Shown: positions 13,211 to 27,200 of the stretch, piece after piece | How the letters are laid out: the number at the start of each line of letters is the position of its first letter | Position numbering within the stretch: the first letter of the stretch is position 1 | Assembly: GCA_964016885.1 (NCBI GenBank) | Contig: OZ024743.1 | Location: 112,778,001 to 112,842,000 of the forward strand | Direction: 5' to 3' | Source: Eledone cirrhosa | Lineage: Eukaryota | Length of the DNA stretch: 64,000 nucleotides | The notes under the pieces: generated by a model | The model's input: the letters and a program-made list of their open reading frames with translations, nothing else | What the model was told of the DNA's origin: nothing | The model's database searches: none | Translations under genes and position numbers: made by a program

Positions 13211-14425
13211 ACTGGTCATTGCAAGAACTAAGTGAGATGGATGTTAGAACTCGAAAACTTCTCAGTGTTACTGGGAACTTTAACATCAATGGTGATGTGG
13301 ATAGGCTATACTTCTCACGCAAGGAAGGTGGCCGGGGTCTAAAATCCATATTAACATCATATGAGACCTGGATAGTAACACTGAATCAACACCTTCAACA
13401 GAGGAAAAAGGTTGGCAACCATCTTGCCCAGGTTTATGAGCATGAACAAAATATATCATTAGAATAGCCACTGATCTGGGGGAGAGATATGGAATAAAGC
13501 CTAATATAAATCTCTCACCCAGAGAAATCGGAAGATCCTATTCAATGTTCAAACAAGATGAAAAAATTGAACAATTTACAGAAAAAGTTGTGCATGGATA
13601 CTTGAGACGTAAAACACAGACCATAGAGGGAATAAACCACTCAAAAAGCCTGGCATGCAGTTCCGACAAGTTTATGACATCACACCTTGAGGGATATCTC
13701 TATGCAATGCAGGAACAAGAACTCCCTACCAAATATCTGCTGCAAAAAAGGGGAGGGCCATCAGCTGACAATAAATGTAGGCTATGTAAAACAAAGATCG
13801 AGGATGTAAGCCGCATTGTTGCCAGCTGCGAAATGTCATCTTGCTACTACCTCCCCATGAGACACGATGGGATAGCTAGAACCTTCTGGAACGCACTTCG
13901 GAAAAACAAAATTAACAACAAACAAGGAAGAATATATTGAGACAGATGGCACTAAGAAATACTGGTGGAACATGAAAATAAAAACTGCCACCAAATTAAA
14001 GCACGACCGGCCTGATATTGTTCTTTGGGACCACACATTGAAAACGTGTTCTGTTGTGGAAATCAGCTGCCCACTTGATGTAAACGTTGTCAGAAAAATA
14101 CATAAGAAGGAGGACATCTACGGACCATTGATGAGGAGTTTACAAATCCAGTATCCAAGATACACCTTTAGCTTCATATCCTTCATTATTGGAGCTACGG
14201 GTTATATACCAATCCGCTTGGACCAAAGTATGACTGAACTTGGATTTGCGGACAAAGAGGGCAGCTCCCTAATTCATAGTCTACAAATGGCTGCGATAGC
14301 TGGCACCTTCAAAATTTGCAAAACATTCTTGCGATTCAAGGGATGAAAATTTCTTTTCTTTTACAACCTTGCCACCAGGAAGGTGGCCGGTCAAAAAAAT
14401 ATACTCGAAATTAAGAGAAAGAGAA
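13211..14425 (+). mobile_element. 5'-truncated, decayed R4/Dong-type non-LTR retrotransposon (RLE endonuclease) in a (TACA)n tract
   Basis: DVDRLYFSRKEGGRGL, CRLC..EDVSRIVASC, RHD, HDRPDIVLWD..VVEISCP across ORFs 13159-14346; contains stops and frameshifts. Confidence 0.85.
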
Positions 14426-15285
14426 AACATACATATATACATACGTACATACATACGTACAAACATACATACAAATGCCTATACACATATACATACATAC
14501 AAATATATATACATATATATTACCACCAGCAGAAACCATGATGACAATCATGAGACATTGGAGCAGGTGCAGTGTAAAAAAATTGTGCTGCCTTAATGAC
14601 TGAAGTCCACCATTAGAAATTCAAGGTCGATATTTTTCTCTCTGTATTAACAGATGCCTGAATTTGAGATCTACGAATATCAAAATCGGGTCAAAAATCG
14701 ACATAGAGAAGGTCAACAAGATTCTTAGAACGCCATTGTGACAGCTCAGCATATAATTTTTTGGTTTGGTTGGGTTTGGTTTGGCTTACATGTTGTTTTT
14801 TATTTATTTATGTTTTGTTGTTGCTGAGGGTTTATATCGTCATCATCTTCATCATCGTAGTTGTCGTTCTTGTTTTTATAGTTGTCATCGTAGTTGTCGT
14901 TCTTGTTTTTATAGTTGTCATCGTAGTTGTCGTTCTTGTTTTTATAATTTTTGTTGTTGCTGTTGTTGTTGTTGTAGATGTGAGATTTGTTTTTGTTTTA
15001 TAGCTCTAAGTTATTCTTACTATCTTATAACTTTGTTAGTTGTTGTTGTTGTAGTTGTTGTAGTGATTTATAATGTTGTTGTAGTTGTTCTTGTTGATTT
15101 GTCATTTCTTTCATAAGGCAACCAGAATAAGGTGGGTTGGGGGGGGGACAAGATTCTTATTGCTAAAGTTTTTTGTGGCGTCCTTTTTGTTATTTTATGT
15201 TTCTTTAAGTTTTTGTTTGTTTTGTTGTGTTTTGTTATGGATATTACTTTTCAATTTTTGTGCTGCCTGAATTAATGGTGAGGGA

Positions 15286-16830
15286 GTGATGGTGGCGGTG
15301 GTGATGATGGTGGCAGTAGTGGTGGTTGTGGTGATGGTGGTGGTGGTGGGTGTGGTGATGGTGGTGGTGGTAGTGGTAATGATGATGGCAGTAGTGGTCG
15401 TTGTGGTGATGGTGGTGGTGATGGCAGTGGTGGTGGTTGTGGTGGTGGTTGTGGTGATGGCAGTGGTGGTGGGTGTGGTGATCGTGGTGATGGTGGGTGT
15501 GGTGATCGTGGTGGTGGTGGCGGTGATGGTGGTGGTGATGGTGGTGGTGGTGATGGTGATGATGGTGGCAGTAGTGGTGGTTGTGGTGATGATGGTGGCA
15601 GTAGTGGTGGTTGTGGTGATGGTGGTGGTGGTGGGTGTGGTGATGGTTGTGGTGGTGGTGAGTGCGGTGATGGTGGTGGTGGTGGTTGGTGAGGTGGTGA
15701 TGGTGATGGTGGTGATGGCAGTGGTGGTGGTTGTGGTGATGGCAGTGGTGGTGGTTGTGGTGGTTGTGGTGGTGGTGGTGGTGGTGATGATGATGGCAGT
15801 AGTGGTGGATGTGGTGATGGCAGTGGTGGTGGGTGTGGTGATGGTGGTGGTGATGGTGATGGTGGTGGTGGTGGGTGGTGGTGGTGGTGGTGGTGGCGGT
15901 GATGATGATGATAGCAGTAGTGGTGGGTGTGGTGATGGTGGTGGTGGTGGTGAGTGTGGTGATGGTGGTGGTGGTAGGTGTGCTGGTGATGGTGATGGTG
16001 GTGATGGCAGTGGTGGTGGTGGTTGTGGTGATGGCCGTAGTGGTGGGTGTGGTGATGGCAGTGGTGGTGGATGTGGTGATGGTGGTGGTGGTGGGTGTGG
16101 TGATGGTGGTGGTGATGGTGATGGTGATGGTGGTGGTGGTGGGTGGTGTTGGTGGTGGTGGTGGTGGTGGCGGTGATGATGATGATAGCAATAGTGGTGG
16201 TGGTGGTGATGGTGGTGGTGGTGAGTGTGGTGATGGTGTTGGTGGTGGTGCGTGTGGTGAGTGTGGTGGTGGTAGGTGTGGTGATGGCAGTAATGGTGGG
16301 TGTGGTGATGGCAGTGGTGGTGGGTGTGATGATGATGATGATAGCAGTAGTGGTGGTTGTGGTGATGGCTGTGGTGATGTTGGTGGTGATGGTGGTGGTG
16401 GTGGTGGTGGTGGTGATGATGATGGCAGTGGTGGTGGTTGTGGTGATGGCAGTGGTTGTGGGTGTGGTGATGGTGGTGGTGGTGATGGTGGTGGTGGTGG
16501 TGGTGATGGTTGTGGTGATGGTGATGGCACTGGTGGTGGTTGTGGTGATGGTGGTGGTGGTGTTGGTGGTGGTGGTGATGGCAGTGGTGGTGTTTGTGGT
16601 GATAGTGGTGATGTTGGTGGTATGTATGTATGGTTGTGGTGATGGTGGTGAGGTTGGTGGTGATGGTGATGGCCCTCGTGGTGGTGGTGGTGGTGGTGAC
16701 GTTGGTGGTGGAGGTGATGGCAGTGGTGGTAGTTGTGGTAATGGTGGTGATGTTGGTGGTGGTGATGGCAGAGGTGATGGTTGTGGTGATGGTGGCGATG
16801 GTGAGGGTCTTGGTGGTGGTTGTAGTGAGG
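15286..16830. repeat. (GGT/GAT)n cryptic trinucleotide low-complexity tract
   Basis: Almost entirely ggt/gat/gtt triplets. Confidence 0.95.
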
Positions 16831-17000
16831 TTTGAGAGTGGGTGGATGGTAGGTGGTGTTTTAATGCTGTTATTTAAATTTCATGTGCGTGTTTCTCTAC
16901 GTATGGTAGATATGTATTGGAATACATATATACATACACACATACACACACATACCATACACATATATATATGATGTTCCTTTATCTTGATCATATATAA

Positions 17001-18408
17001 ATGTCTGTGTATGTATGTGTGTGTTTATGTGTATGTATATGTGATTGTATGTATGTGTGTGTATGTGTGTGTGTTTATGTATATGTGAGTGTATGTATGT
17101 GCGTGTGTGTTTATGTGTATGTATGTGTGTGTGTATGTATGTGTGTGTGTGTGTGTGTTTATGTGTTGTGTGTTTATGTGTATGTATGTGTATGTATGTG
17201 TGTGTGTTTATGTATGTGTGCGTATGTATGTGTGTGTGTTATATGTATGTATGTGTGTGTATGTATGTGTGTGTGTTTATGTGTATGTATGTGTGTGTGT
17301 TTATGTATGTGTGTTTATGTATGTGTGTGTGTGCGTATGTATGTGTGTTTATGTGTATGTATGTGTGTGTATGTATGTGTGTGTGTGTGCGTATGTATGT
17401 GTGTTTATGTGTATGTATGTGTGTGTATGTATGTGTGTGTGTGTTTATGTGTATGTATGTGTATGTATGTTTGTGTGTTTATGTATATGTATGTGTGTGT
17501 GTGCGTATGTATGTGTGTGTGTTTATGTGTATGTATGTGTGTGTATGTATGTGTGTGTGTTTATGTGTATGTATGTGTATGTATGTGTGTGTGTATGTAT
17601 GTGTGTGTTTATGTGTATGTATGTGTGTGTATGTGTGTGTGTGTGTGTTTATGTGTATGTATGTGTATGTATGTTTGTGTGTTTATGTATATGTATGTGT
17701 GTGTGTGCGTATGTATGTGTGTGTGTTTATGTGTATGTATGTGTGTGTGTGTTTATGTGTATGTATGTATGTGTGTATGTGTGTGTGTTTATGTGTATGT
17801 ATGTGTGTGTGTGTATGTGTGTGTGTTTATGTGTATGTATGTGTGTGTATGTATGCGTGTTTATGTGAATGTATGTGTTGATGTGTGTGTGTTTATGTGT
17901 ATGTATGTGTGTGTGTGGGCGTATGTATGTGTGTGTGTTTATGTGTATGTATGTGTGGGCGTATGTATGCGTGTGTGTTTATGTGTATGTATGTGTGTGT
18001 AGGTGTGTGTATGTATGAGTGTGTGCTTATGTGTATGTATGTGTGTGTATGTGTGTGTATGTATGTGTGTGTATGTATGTGTGTGGGTTTATGTGTATGT
18101 GTGTGTGTGTATGTATGTGTGTTTATGTGTATGTATGTGTGTGTATGTATGTGTGTTTATGTGTATGTATGTGTGTGTATGTTTGTGTGTGTGTTTATGT
18201 GTATTATGTGTGTGTGTGCGTATGTATGTGTTTGTGTTTATGTGTATGTATGTATGTATGTATGTATGTATGTGTGTATGTATGTGTGTGTGTTTATGTG
18301 TTATATATGTGTGTGTGCGCGTATGTATGTGTGTTTATGAGTATGTATGTGTGTGTATGTATGCGTGTGTCTTTATGTGTATGTATGTTGTGTGTGCATG
18401 TGTGTGTA
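17001..18408. repeat. (TG)n/(TATG)n compound microsatellite
   Basis: Direct inspection. Confidence 0.95.
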
Positions 18409-18644
18409 TTTCCAATTTACATTTGAGGAATTCTGTAGACGTGTGGCAGGCAGTGTCTGCAGACGGTGCCAAATATCCCACCAATGAGCCGATCAATGAC
18501 CTTAACAATGAATGTCAACACTTACACGATGATACAATGAAAAATTCTATTATTAGTATTATTATCATTATTATTATTATTTGTAATATTACTCTTATTA
18601 CCACCATCATCATCATTATGATCATTTCATCATCATTATGATTA

Positions 18645-18832
18645 TATTATGGATTGGCAGTATTGGTAGAGGGTCGGACGCCACGCTTTGAGGCATAGAG
18701 TTAAGGCCCTTGCCATTCTGAGTTCAAATCCCGCCAAGGTTAACTTTGCCTTTCATCCTTACGGGGTCGATAAAATAAAGTACCAGTAATACACTGGGTA
18801 ATTGCTGGCCTTGTGCCTAACGTAGAAACAAT
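18645..18832 (+). mobile_element. tRNA-derived SINE, near complete
   Basis: ggattggcagtattggtagag (A-box-like), gagttcaaatcc (B-box-like), shared SINE core, (TTA) tail. Confidence 0.8.
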
Positions 18833-18847
18833 TATTATTATTATTAT

Positions 18848-19964
18848 TTGCATTTATCTTGCTTTATGTTTATACGAGTTATCACCAAGTCACAACCAGT
18901 GACCTCAAGAGACAACAAGGTCCGCCATGTTCAAGAAAGAACACACATATTCACACATGCATCCTTAGTGTTTAGACTTGTGATGTACTTATATTGACAG
19001 GATCTTCCTTAGTATATGGGCAGTTCCCATTAGTACTATCTTTTGTATTTCTCCTATACGCGGGTTTCCTGGGATTTGCGATAAGTAGTCGTTAGACCCC
19101 TTAGGTATCATTCCCAGAGCGCCTACAACCACTGGTATTGTTTTAGTTCTCAATTTCCACATTTTTCCAATTTCTATCTCCAGGTCCTTATACTTGCTCA
19201 ATTTTTCAAATGTTTTTATAGATACATTCTTGTCTATTGGAACAGACATATCAATTAGCAGGCATACCCTCCTTTGAAAGTCCTTCAATATTATATCAGG
19301 TCTATTTGCATCTATTTTTCGGTCTGTTTGGATGCTAAAGTTCCACAAGATTGAGATGTGATCTTTTTCAAGTATGGGAGGTGGTTGATGCTCCCACCAA
19401 TTCTTTTGATGGGGCAGGTCAAAATGCTTACACATTATCCAATGTATGTATTGTGCAGCTCTGTCATGCCTGTTTAGGTATTCGGTTGGAGCTATAGGAC
19501 TGCACATTGAAATTATATGGTCAATGGTCTCTGGTTGTTTTTGCATACACGGCATAATGGGCTGCACCCATTTTTTATTATGTTGGCTTGGTAATTTTTT
19601 GTTGGCAGACACTGATCTTGTGCGGATATAATCAGTCCTTCAGTCTCCGATTTCAGTCCAGAGGATGCCAACCACTGATGGGTTAAAGTTTTGTCAACAT
19701 CAGGATTGTTAGCTCGCTCTGGGTATTTTCCATACAGAGGCTTTTCTTGCCATTTCTTAGCCAGTTTCTGTAGCAGTTCTTTCTTTGCAGTTACTTTTAC
19801 CTGCTTTGCTATTTCTGTGTTTTCCATTTCAGCAGTAAATGGGACTTCTGAAATTTGTAGTCCATTACTGTATCTTTGTGCATCTTTTGTAATGGAATAT
19901 GATCTTTTGGTGCTTTCGTGTTTCAAAACGAGTTTGATCATCCAATCATGTGATTCCCTTAGAC
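18848..19964 (-). mobile_element. 5'-truncated R4/Dong-type RLE LINE
   Basis: WLASSGLKSETEG, CRVC..ETIDHIISMC, RHD, ANRPDIILKD..LIDMSVP, PVVVGALG; 3' UTR ends in (TAA)n. Confidence 0.9.
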
Positions 19965-21241
19965 ATTGATGTTATTTAACTGGAAAGTTTGTTGAAATGA
20001 ATATCAAGCCACTACCTGCACCTCAGATATTCAAGACGTATCGGAGGGTTCTTGCTGTTCCCAGCAAGCATGCCTTTTGAAGTGTTCCAAAAAGCGGGGC
20101 GGGACCAATTTTCTTTAACCATCCTTGGAAACTATTTGAGATAGTACCTAGTCCCTATGACAATCGGGACCACTTTGACTTCATGGCAGTTCCAAATCCT
20201 TTTTACCTCCCACTTTAAGTCCTGGTATCGGTTAATTTTCTCCCTCCTTCTCTTGCACTCTTGTGTCGAATGGGCAGGCTACATCCACAATCAGGCACGA
20301 TCTTTTTTCCTTGTCCAAAACCACCAGGTCAGGTCCATTGTGTTCCAGTTTCTTGTCCGTCTGTATCCTAAAATCCCACAGCACCTTCACCTCATCGTTT
20401 TCTTTCACCGATGCTGGCTTATGCTCATACCACTTCTCAGAATGTGGTAAATTGTTTACTTTGCATAGGTGCCAGTGGATCACCCTGCCCATCACATCAT
20501 GTCTCCAGCCTTTATAGTGAGTCTGGGCTAGGTGTTGACACTCGGATACAATGTGAGCCACTGTCTCCTCTCTCCACAGATCCTACACAGTGGGCTAGCC
20601 TCCTCCTTGTAAATATGGTGTTTCAGCCACTTCGTTTTGAGGGCCTGCTCTTGCGCAGCCATTAACATTCCTTCTGTAGCCTTTTTAAGGTTTCCTCTTT
20701 TCAACCAGTTCCATGTCTGTGGATCTCTGAATTCAGTTTTCTCAAAGAAGGTACTATGAAGGGATTTTTCATGAATGTTGCTCTTTCTCCTTGTTGTTAT
20801 TTCATTCCTTGGACATCCCCTGCTCTATTGTCCTCTCCTTCAGTACAATTCTGAGCATTGGCTCCCTACTATCAGTCACGTATTTTTGTAGGTTGTTTTT
20901 CTCCGTCTGAACACAGTCCTCTATCCTTATGTAGAGCCTATCGACATCACTCCTCTTGTGGAACATGTTGTAGATAGTCAATAGCTTCCTAGTCTTCCTA
21001 TCCATTTCTTTTTGTTCAGCAACATTCCATCTCAGAATTCCCGCACTGTACCTAATAATAGACACAGCTCGGGAATTTACTGCACTTATGGCATTCCTAC
21101 TGTTCAGATGTGACTTTAATACGCTCCTTATTCCCCGAATGTATTCAGATCTTATCAATTCCTTCATTTTTTTGTTCTTGATGTCATCAGCCTGCAGAAC
21201 ACCCAAATACTTGTACCCTTCTTCAGTGTCAATTTCCTTTA

Positions 21242-21243
<2 letters not shown>
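19965..21243 (-). mobile_element. 5'-truncated R4/Dong-type RLE LINE (same family as 33357-34382)
   Basis: YKYLGV RT-thumb region, HIVSEC, RHD, PDLVVLDK..IVDVACPFD; (TAA)n at the 5' flank. Confidence 0.9.
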
Positions 21244-21291
<48 letters not shown>

Positions 21292-21547
21292 GTTCTTGTT
21301 ATTGTTAATTGTTGTTATTATTATTATTGTTATTATTATTATTGGATGTTAGTTTTATATTTTCTGTTTGTTATGTTTGTTCAAAGCAAAACCATTGAAA
21401 TCCCTGCATATGTGACCATCACTGCAATACCTCTCCAGCGACAATAACAGCTCTTCTGTCTTTTACAACTGCGAGCGTGACACCTGACACTACTACATCT
21501 GCTGCTGTTACTACTACTAATACTACTGCTGCTGTTGCTGCTACTGC

Positions 21548-21596
<49 letters not shown>

Positions 21597-22470
21597 ACTA
21601 CTGCTGCTGCTGTTATTACTAATCCTATATTGTTTTAAAATAATATATTCAGCAAAATGTTTTCATTTTTCTCTTTGATGGCGCCTAACAAACTTCGCTT
21701 TGTTTTTGTCATTCTTACTATTTTATCACTGTTTTTTTATCTCAGAAATCTCAGACCATTCACAATAATGCCGAACGTGATTTGACTGATTTGTCTTTGG
21801 TGAAGATATTTCATTCCACTTTCCAAAGTGTTTTCTATATGACCGATTTCCAAGTATTACTTTTCTATATCTGCATCTTTGATAATTTAATATTAATTCA
21901 GTTTACTTACTCCTTCTATAAACAGACTGACCACATACACTAAGATACCATTCTAAGACGGACATCTTTTCAACGGTCGAAAAGATAAATTCCTTTCTAT
22001 ATGATATTTAAACGTGAAGTTAAAGCGGATCGTGTAACTTGAATTAAGGAGAAATAAGTGCTGTTTTATTACCAGAAGTAGTATATAATATTGATAAGGT
22101 TCAATTGATGGTGTTTTGCGTGCTTAGTTTATCAAAGCAAACCAACTGAGTTATGAGAATCTCAAATATATGTTGAGATTATATATACTAGCGGCCAGCA
22201 ACCACTACAGTTATATGAAAGAACGCACAAAATAAAACAAAAGAGTTGTATAAAAGCTTTATCATCATAATAAATGACTGAATCTCCGCATAGAAGAAAC
22301 GCGTAGCTAATATCCCTTATGATGCAAATCACAGCAGTCCCAACATTTGGCATTTTGACTTGTTTTATTCTCGTAATAAGCAATAACATTGAAAATAGAC
22401 ATATAGGCGTATATCATTCATCGATCTATGAATGTAAGTATGTATGCAAGCATGTATGTATGTATGTTTG

Positions 22471-22531
<61 letters not shown>

Positions 22532-22557
22532 ATGTATTTATATGTATGTAATTAAGT

Positions 22558-22630
<73 letters not shown>

Positions 22631-22653
22631 CATACTTATACATACATATATGC

Positions 22654-22739
<86 letters not shown>

Positions 22740-23295
22740 GTACATACATATATATACACACACTTGTATATACATATATGCGTATACACACACACACTCA
22801 TGCGCGCATATATATATATAAATGCGTGTGTGTGTGTGTGTTTGTGTTGGAGATAACATATACATATTATCTGCGTATCAGTGTATGGGTATGAGTGTGT
22901 TTATTTATAGTTTGGGGAGGAGGTTATCAATACGTTTTGATATATTTATAGTGATCCCAATCGTTATAAATGTACACGATCCGTCTAACTGATCTTCAAC
23001 TTTAAGTGCTGAGGATAATAAGAATAGAGAAATATATGAGATTCTGTCAAAGAAATATTACGCTTAAACGAAATACGAGTGTCGTTTGGATTACGATCTT
23101 GGAAGTTTCACAATTCGGGTTGCTTAGTGACTTTTTATCTTTCGAAATTAAGTTGAAGTTTCTTGTGTCGATAGGGTGTCATGTTTCTGATTGGAGGATT
23201 CTGGGTAGCTATCTTTCATGCTAGGCCCATAGCCAAAGACTTCAGATTTAGATATCTCTAGCCCAGTTAGTCTAGCGGTAAATTGCTGGTGTATA

Positions 23296-23515
23296 TATGT
23301 ATCGACAGTCGATCGACTTTCGTCAAATCGTACCGAGGAAACAATGTTTCCATTGGTCTTTCCAATTGCTAAGATTATCTAACGGTCGCTACTCCAGGTC
23401 AAAGGAGCAACGTGAAATAATGTGCCTTGCCCAAGGACATAACGCATCACCCGGTCCGGGAATCGAAATCACAATCTCACGATTGCGAATCCAATTCTCT
23501 AACCACTCAGCCACG
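23296..23515 (-). mobile_element. CORE-like SINE (related pieces at 9188-9330 and 61060-61180)
   Basis: ggagcaacgtgaaataa(a/t)gtgccttgc(c/t)caaggacataacgca, which resembles the CORE/MIR segment, next to a tRNA-like end. Confidence 0.6.
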
Positions 23516-23528
23516 TATACATGTATAC

Positions 23529-23561
<33 letters not shown>

Positions 23562-23609
23562 TGTATGTATGTATGTATGTATATATATATATGTATGCAT
23601 GTATGTATG

Positions 23610-24718
23610 TCGCTCGTCAGTGCTACTGGCAATATGTAACACTATACAACTTGTGCATGGTCGGGTCGTCGGTGACTAAACCGAGAAACCCGCCATTTGA
23701 TTTTGGACGCTCTGCGGGATGAAAAACAAAAGCCGTAGTCAGGCGGAGGAACCCAAGAGAGTCAACAGTCATCTAATAAAGTTTGTTTTTTTTGTGGAGC
23801 GAGAAACTCTTAGTCTTCATTAAGACATCTCTCTAGGAGAAGGTCGCTCTGATATAAAACTTGCGACTTTGTTTGCATCTAATGATGTAGACCAGTTCTT
23901 CTTTTGGCGCAAATGCATTCGATGTTCAGAGAGTGGGATTGGCCCCGTGCAAAGCCTTTCCTCACTAAAAATAGCTTCAAGAACAGGGATCACTTGATGT
24001 GTGACATTTTTTTTGCAATGCATGGCATTGCTGGCCATAGGAAATCCTTAGTAGGACTAAAATACCATGCTTAAGTATCAAGCTATGGCATTACTCGAAA
24101 TCGAGTTGCAGCCATCATCGTGTATGTATGTATGCATGTATGTATGCAGTGCCTTTGCTCACTATAAGCTTCACGGCACAGGCATTGCTTTATATCTGGA
24201 GATCTCTCTGCACTTGCCGTCACATGGAACCATGGGCCCAGCACTATATGTCAATAATTGTCACAAGTGTAGTGTTTGTACCAGAGTTTTCAAGTCGCTG
24301 GCTGGACTAAAAAGTCACACTCGTTCAGCGCATTAGTAGGGGTTCTCCTACATGGATATAAAGTAGTGGCCGTACTCGAAAACGAGTTGGCAGCAGCCAT
24401 GTATGTATGTATGTATATATATATATTGGTTTTTTTTTCTCGTGCAATGGCCACACTCGATAACGAGGGGGCAGCCATCATATATATATATATGTATGTA
24501 TATATATATATATATGTATGTGTATGTATATGTATATATATATGTGTATGTATATATATATGTATCTGTGTATGTATGTATATGTATATATGTGTATGTA
24601 TGTATATATATGTATATGTGTGTATGTATATATATATATATGTGTGTATGTATATGTATATATATGTATATGTATATATATGTATATATATATATATATA
24701 TATATGTATATGTGTGTA

Positions 24719-24759
<41 letters not shown>

Positions 24760-25019
24760 GTATATATATATATATGTGTGTATATGTATGTATATATATA
24801 TATATATATATGTATATGTATGTATGTATATATATATATATGTATGTGTGTGTATATATATATGTGTGTATATATATGTATATATATATATATGTGTGTG
24901 TGTATATATATATATGTATATATGTATGTGTATATATATATGTATATATATATATATAAACGAGTTGGCAGCCACCATGTATATATGTATGTATGTATAT
25001 ATGTATGTATGTATATATG

Positions 25020-25059
<40 letters not shown>

Positions 25060-25132
25060 AACGAGTTGGCAGCCACCATGTATATATATATATGTGTGTA
25101 TATATATGTGTATGTATATATATATATGTATG

Positions 25133-25179
<47 letters not shown>

Positions 25180-26785
25180 GTTTCTTGGTGAGGAGAGTGA
25201 CTTTGGATATCCTGCAGGACTAAAAACAAAACCTGTCAAAGGGCAAAGGAGCTCTTAAGAGTCAATGGCCATCCCAAATCACCAAGAGAGATGACTCCTT
25301 AGCCTTTGTCAAGGCAGAATTCTAGGAGAAGGAAAACTCTGATATAACACCTGCAACCCTGATGGTATCCAATGATGTTGACTTGTTCTTTTTTTGGTAA
25401 ATATCATCTTGGTTAAGAGAGTGGGACTGGCTTTGTGTAGTGCCTTTGCTCACTATAAAAGCTTCAGGGCACAGGCATTGCTTTATATCTGGAGATCTCT
25501 CTGCACTTGTCGTCACATGGTGCCATGGGCCCAGCACTATGTGTCAGTAATTGTCACAAGTGTAGTGTTTGGACCAGAGTTTTCAAGTCGCTGGCTGGAC
25601 TAAAAGGTCACACTCGTTCAGCGCATCGGTAGGGGTTCTCCTACATGGATATAAAGTAGTGGCCGTACTCGAAAACGAATTGGCAACCACCATGTATTAT
25701 ATTTATGTATGTATGTAAGTATGTATGTACGTATGTCAGGTCGCCAGTTGGTGCTACTGGTAACATGTATCCCAGTACAACCTGTCTCCTGGTCGGGTCG
25801 TTGGCGACTAAACTGGCAACCCCACCATAGTTTCTTGGTGAGGAGGGTGACTTTGGACATCCTGCAGGACTAAAAACAAAACCTGTCAAAGGGCAAATGA
25901 GCTCTTAAGAGTCAATGGCCATCCAAAATCACCGGGAGAGATGACCCCTTAGCCTTTGTCAAGGCAGAATTCTAGGAGAAGGAAAACTCTGATATAACAC
26001 CTGCAACCCTGATGATATCCAATGATGTTGACTTGTTCTTCTTTTTGGTAAATATCATCTTGGTTAAGAGAGTGGAACTGGCTTTGTGCAGTGTCTTTGC
26101 TCACTATAAAAGCTTCACGGCACAGGCATTGCTTTGTATCTGGAGATCTCTCTGCACTTGTCGTTACATGGTACCATGAGCTCAGCACTATGTGTCAATA
26201 TTTGTCATAGGTGTAGTGTTTGTACCAGAGTTTTCAAGTCGTTCAGTGCATCGGTAGGGGTTCTCCTACATGGATATAAAGTAGTGGCCGTACTCGAAAA
26301 AGAGTTGGCAGCCACCATATATATATGTATGTATATATGTATGTATGTATATATGTATGTATATATATATGTATGTATATATGTATGTATATATATATAT
26401 GTATGAATGTATGTATATATATGTATGTATATATGTATATATATATGTATGTATGTATATATATGTATGTATGTATGTATATGGGAGTGAAGGACCCCTA
26501 GCCTCTGTCAGGGCATTCTTCTAGGAGAAGGTAACTGAGGAAACTGGGATAACTCCGATATAAAACCTGCGGCTCAGTAGTTACCGATGATGTTGATATT
26601 TTCTTCTTTTCGGGTTATAGCTACTGTCGCTCAGAGAGTGGGATTGGCTCAGTGCACAGTCTTTCCTCACTTTAAAAAATATCTTCACGCACAGGCATTG
26701 CACGATAGAATTAATTAATAATTATTAATAATGGTATATCGTGCAATGGCCATACTCAATGGCCATAACGAGGGGCAGCCATCAT
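23610..26785 (+). mobile_element. Cluster of non-autonomous RTE-derived elements with (TATG)n/(TA)n tails (copies ~23610-24120, 24147-24400, 25180-25692, 25735-26317, 26484-26785)
   Basis: Repeated ctaggagaaggaaaactctga (RTE 5'UTR-like) joined to an RTE-like 3' end encoding [22 protein letters not shown] and ending in gagttggcagccaccatg(tatg)n. Confidence 0.7.
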
Positions 26786-27113
26786 GTATGTATGTAAGTA
26801 TGTATGTATGAACCCATGACAGGCGTTACGGGTCCATACATACATATTCTATTCGATAACTCTGCCAGTCGCCACCTATTTTATGTACGTACATCTCGAA
26901 AATATAAGAATGGAGTCACTAATTATATGTATGTATGCATAAGCCCTTCCTTCCAGGGATAGGGGTATACAGTGTGTCTTGGGCACATTTAAACCTAGTA
27001 AAATTCATGCCCTCTCTGAGTTTGAACACGACCGATTTCTTCCAGAGAAAGACACACAGAGAGTGTGTGTAGGTATGTGTGTGTGAGAGAGAGAGAGAGA
27101 GTGAGAGAGAGAG

Positions 27114-27200
<87 letters not shown>

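Noticed and set aside
15244-18641. Long His/Pro/Val/Cys-rich ORFs
   Set aside because: Stop-free translations of (GGT)n and (TG/TATG)n repeats, open in several frames; no evidence of coding.
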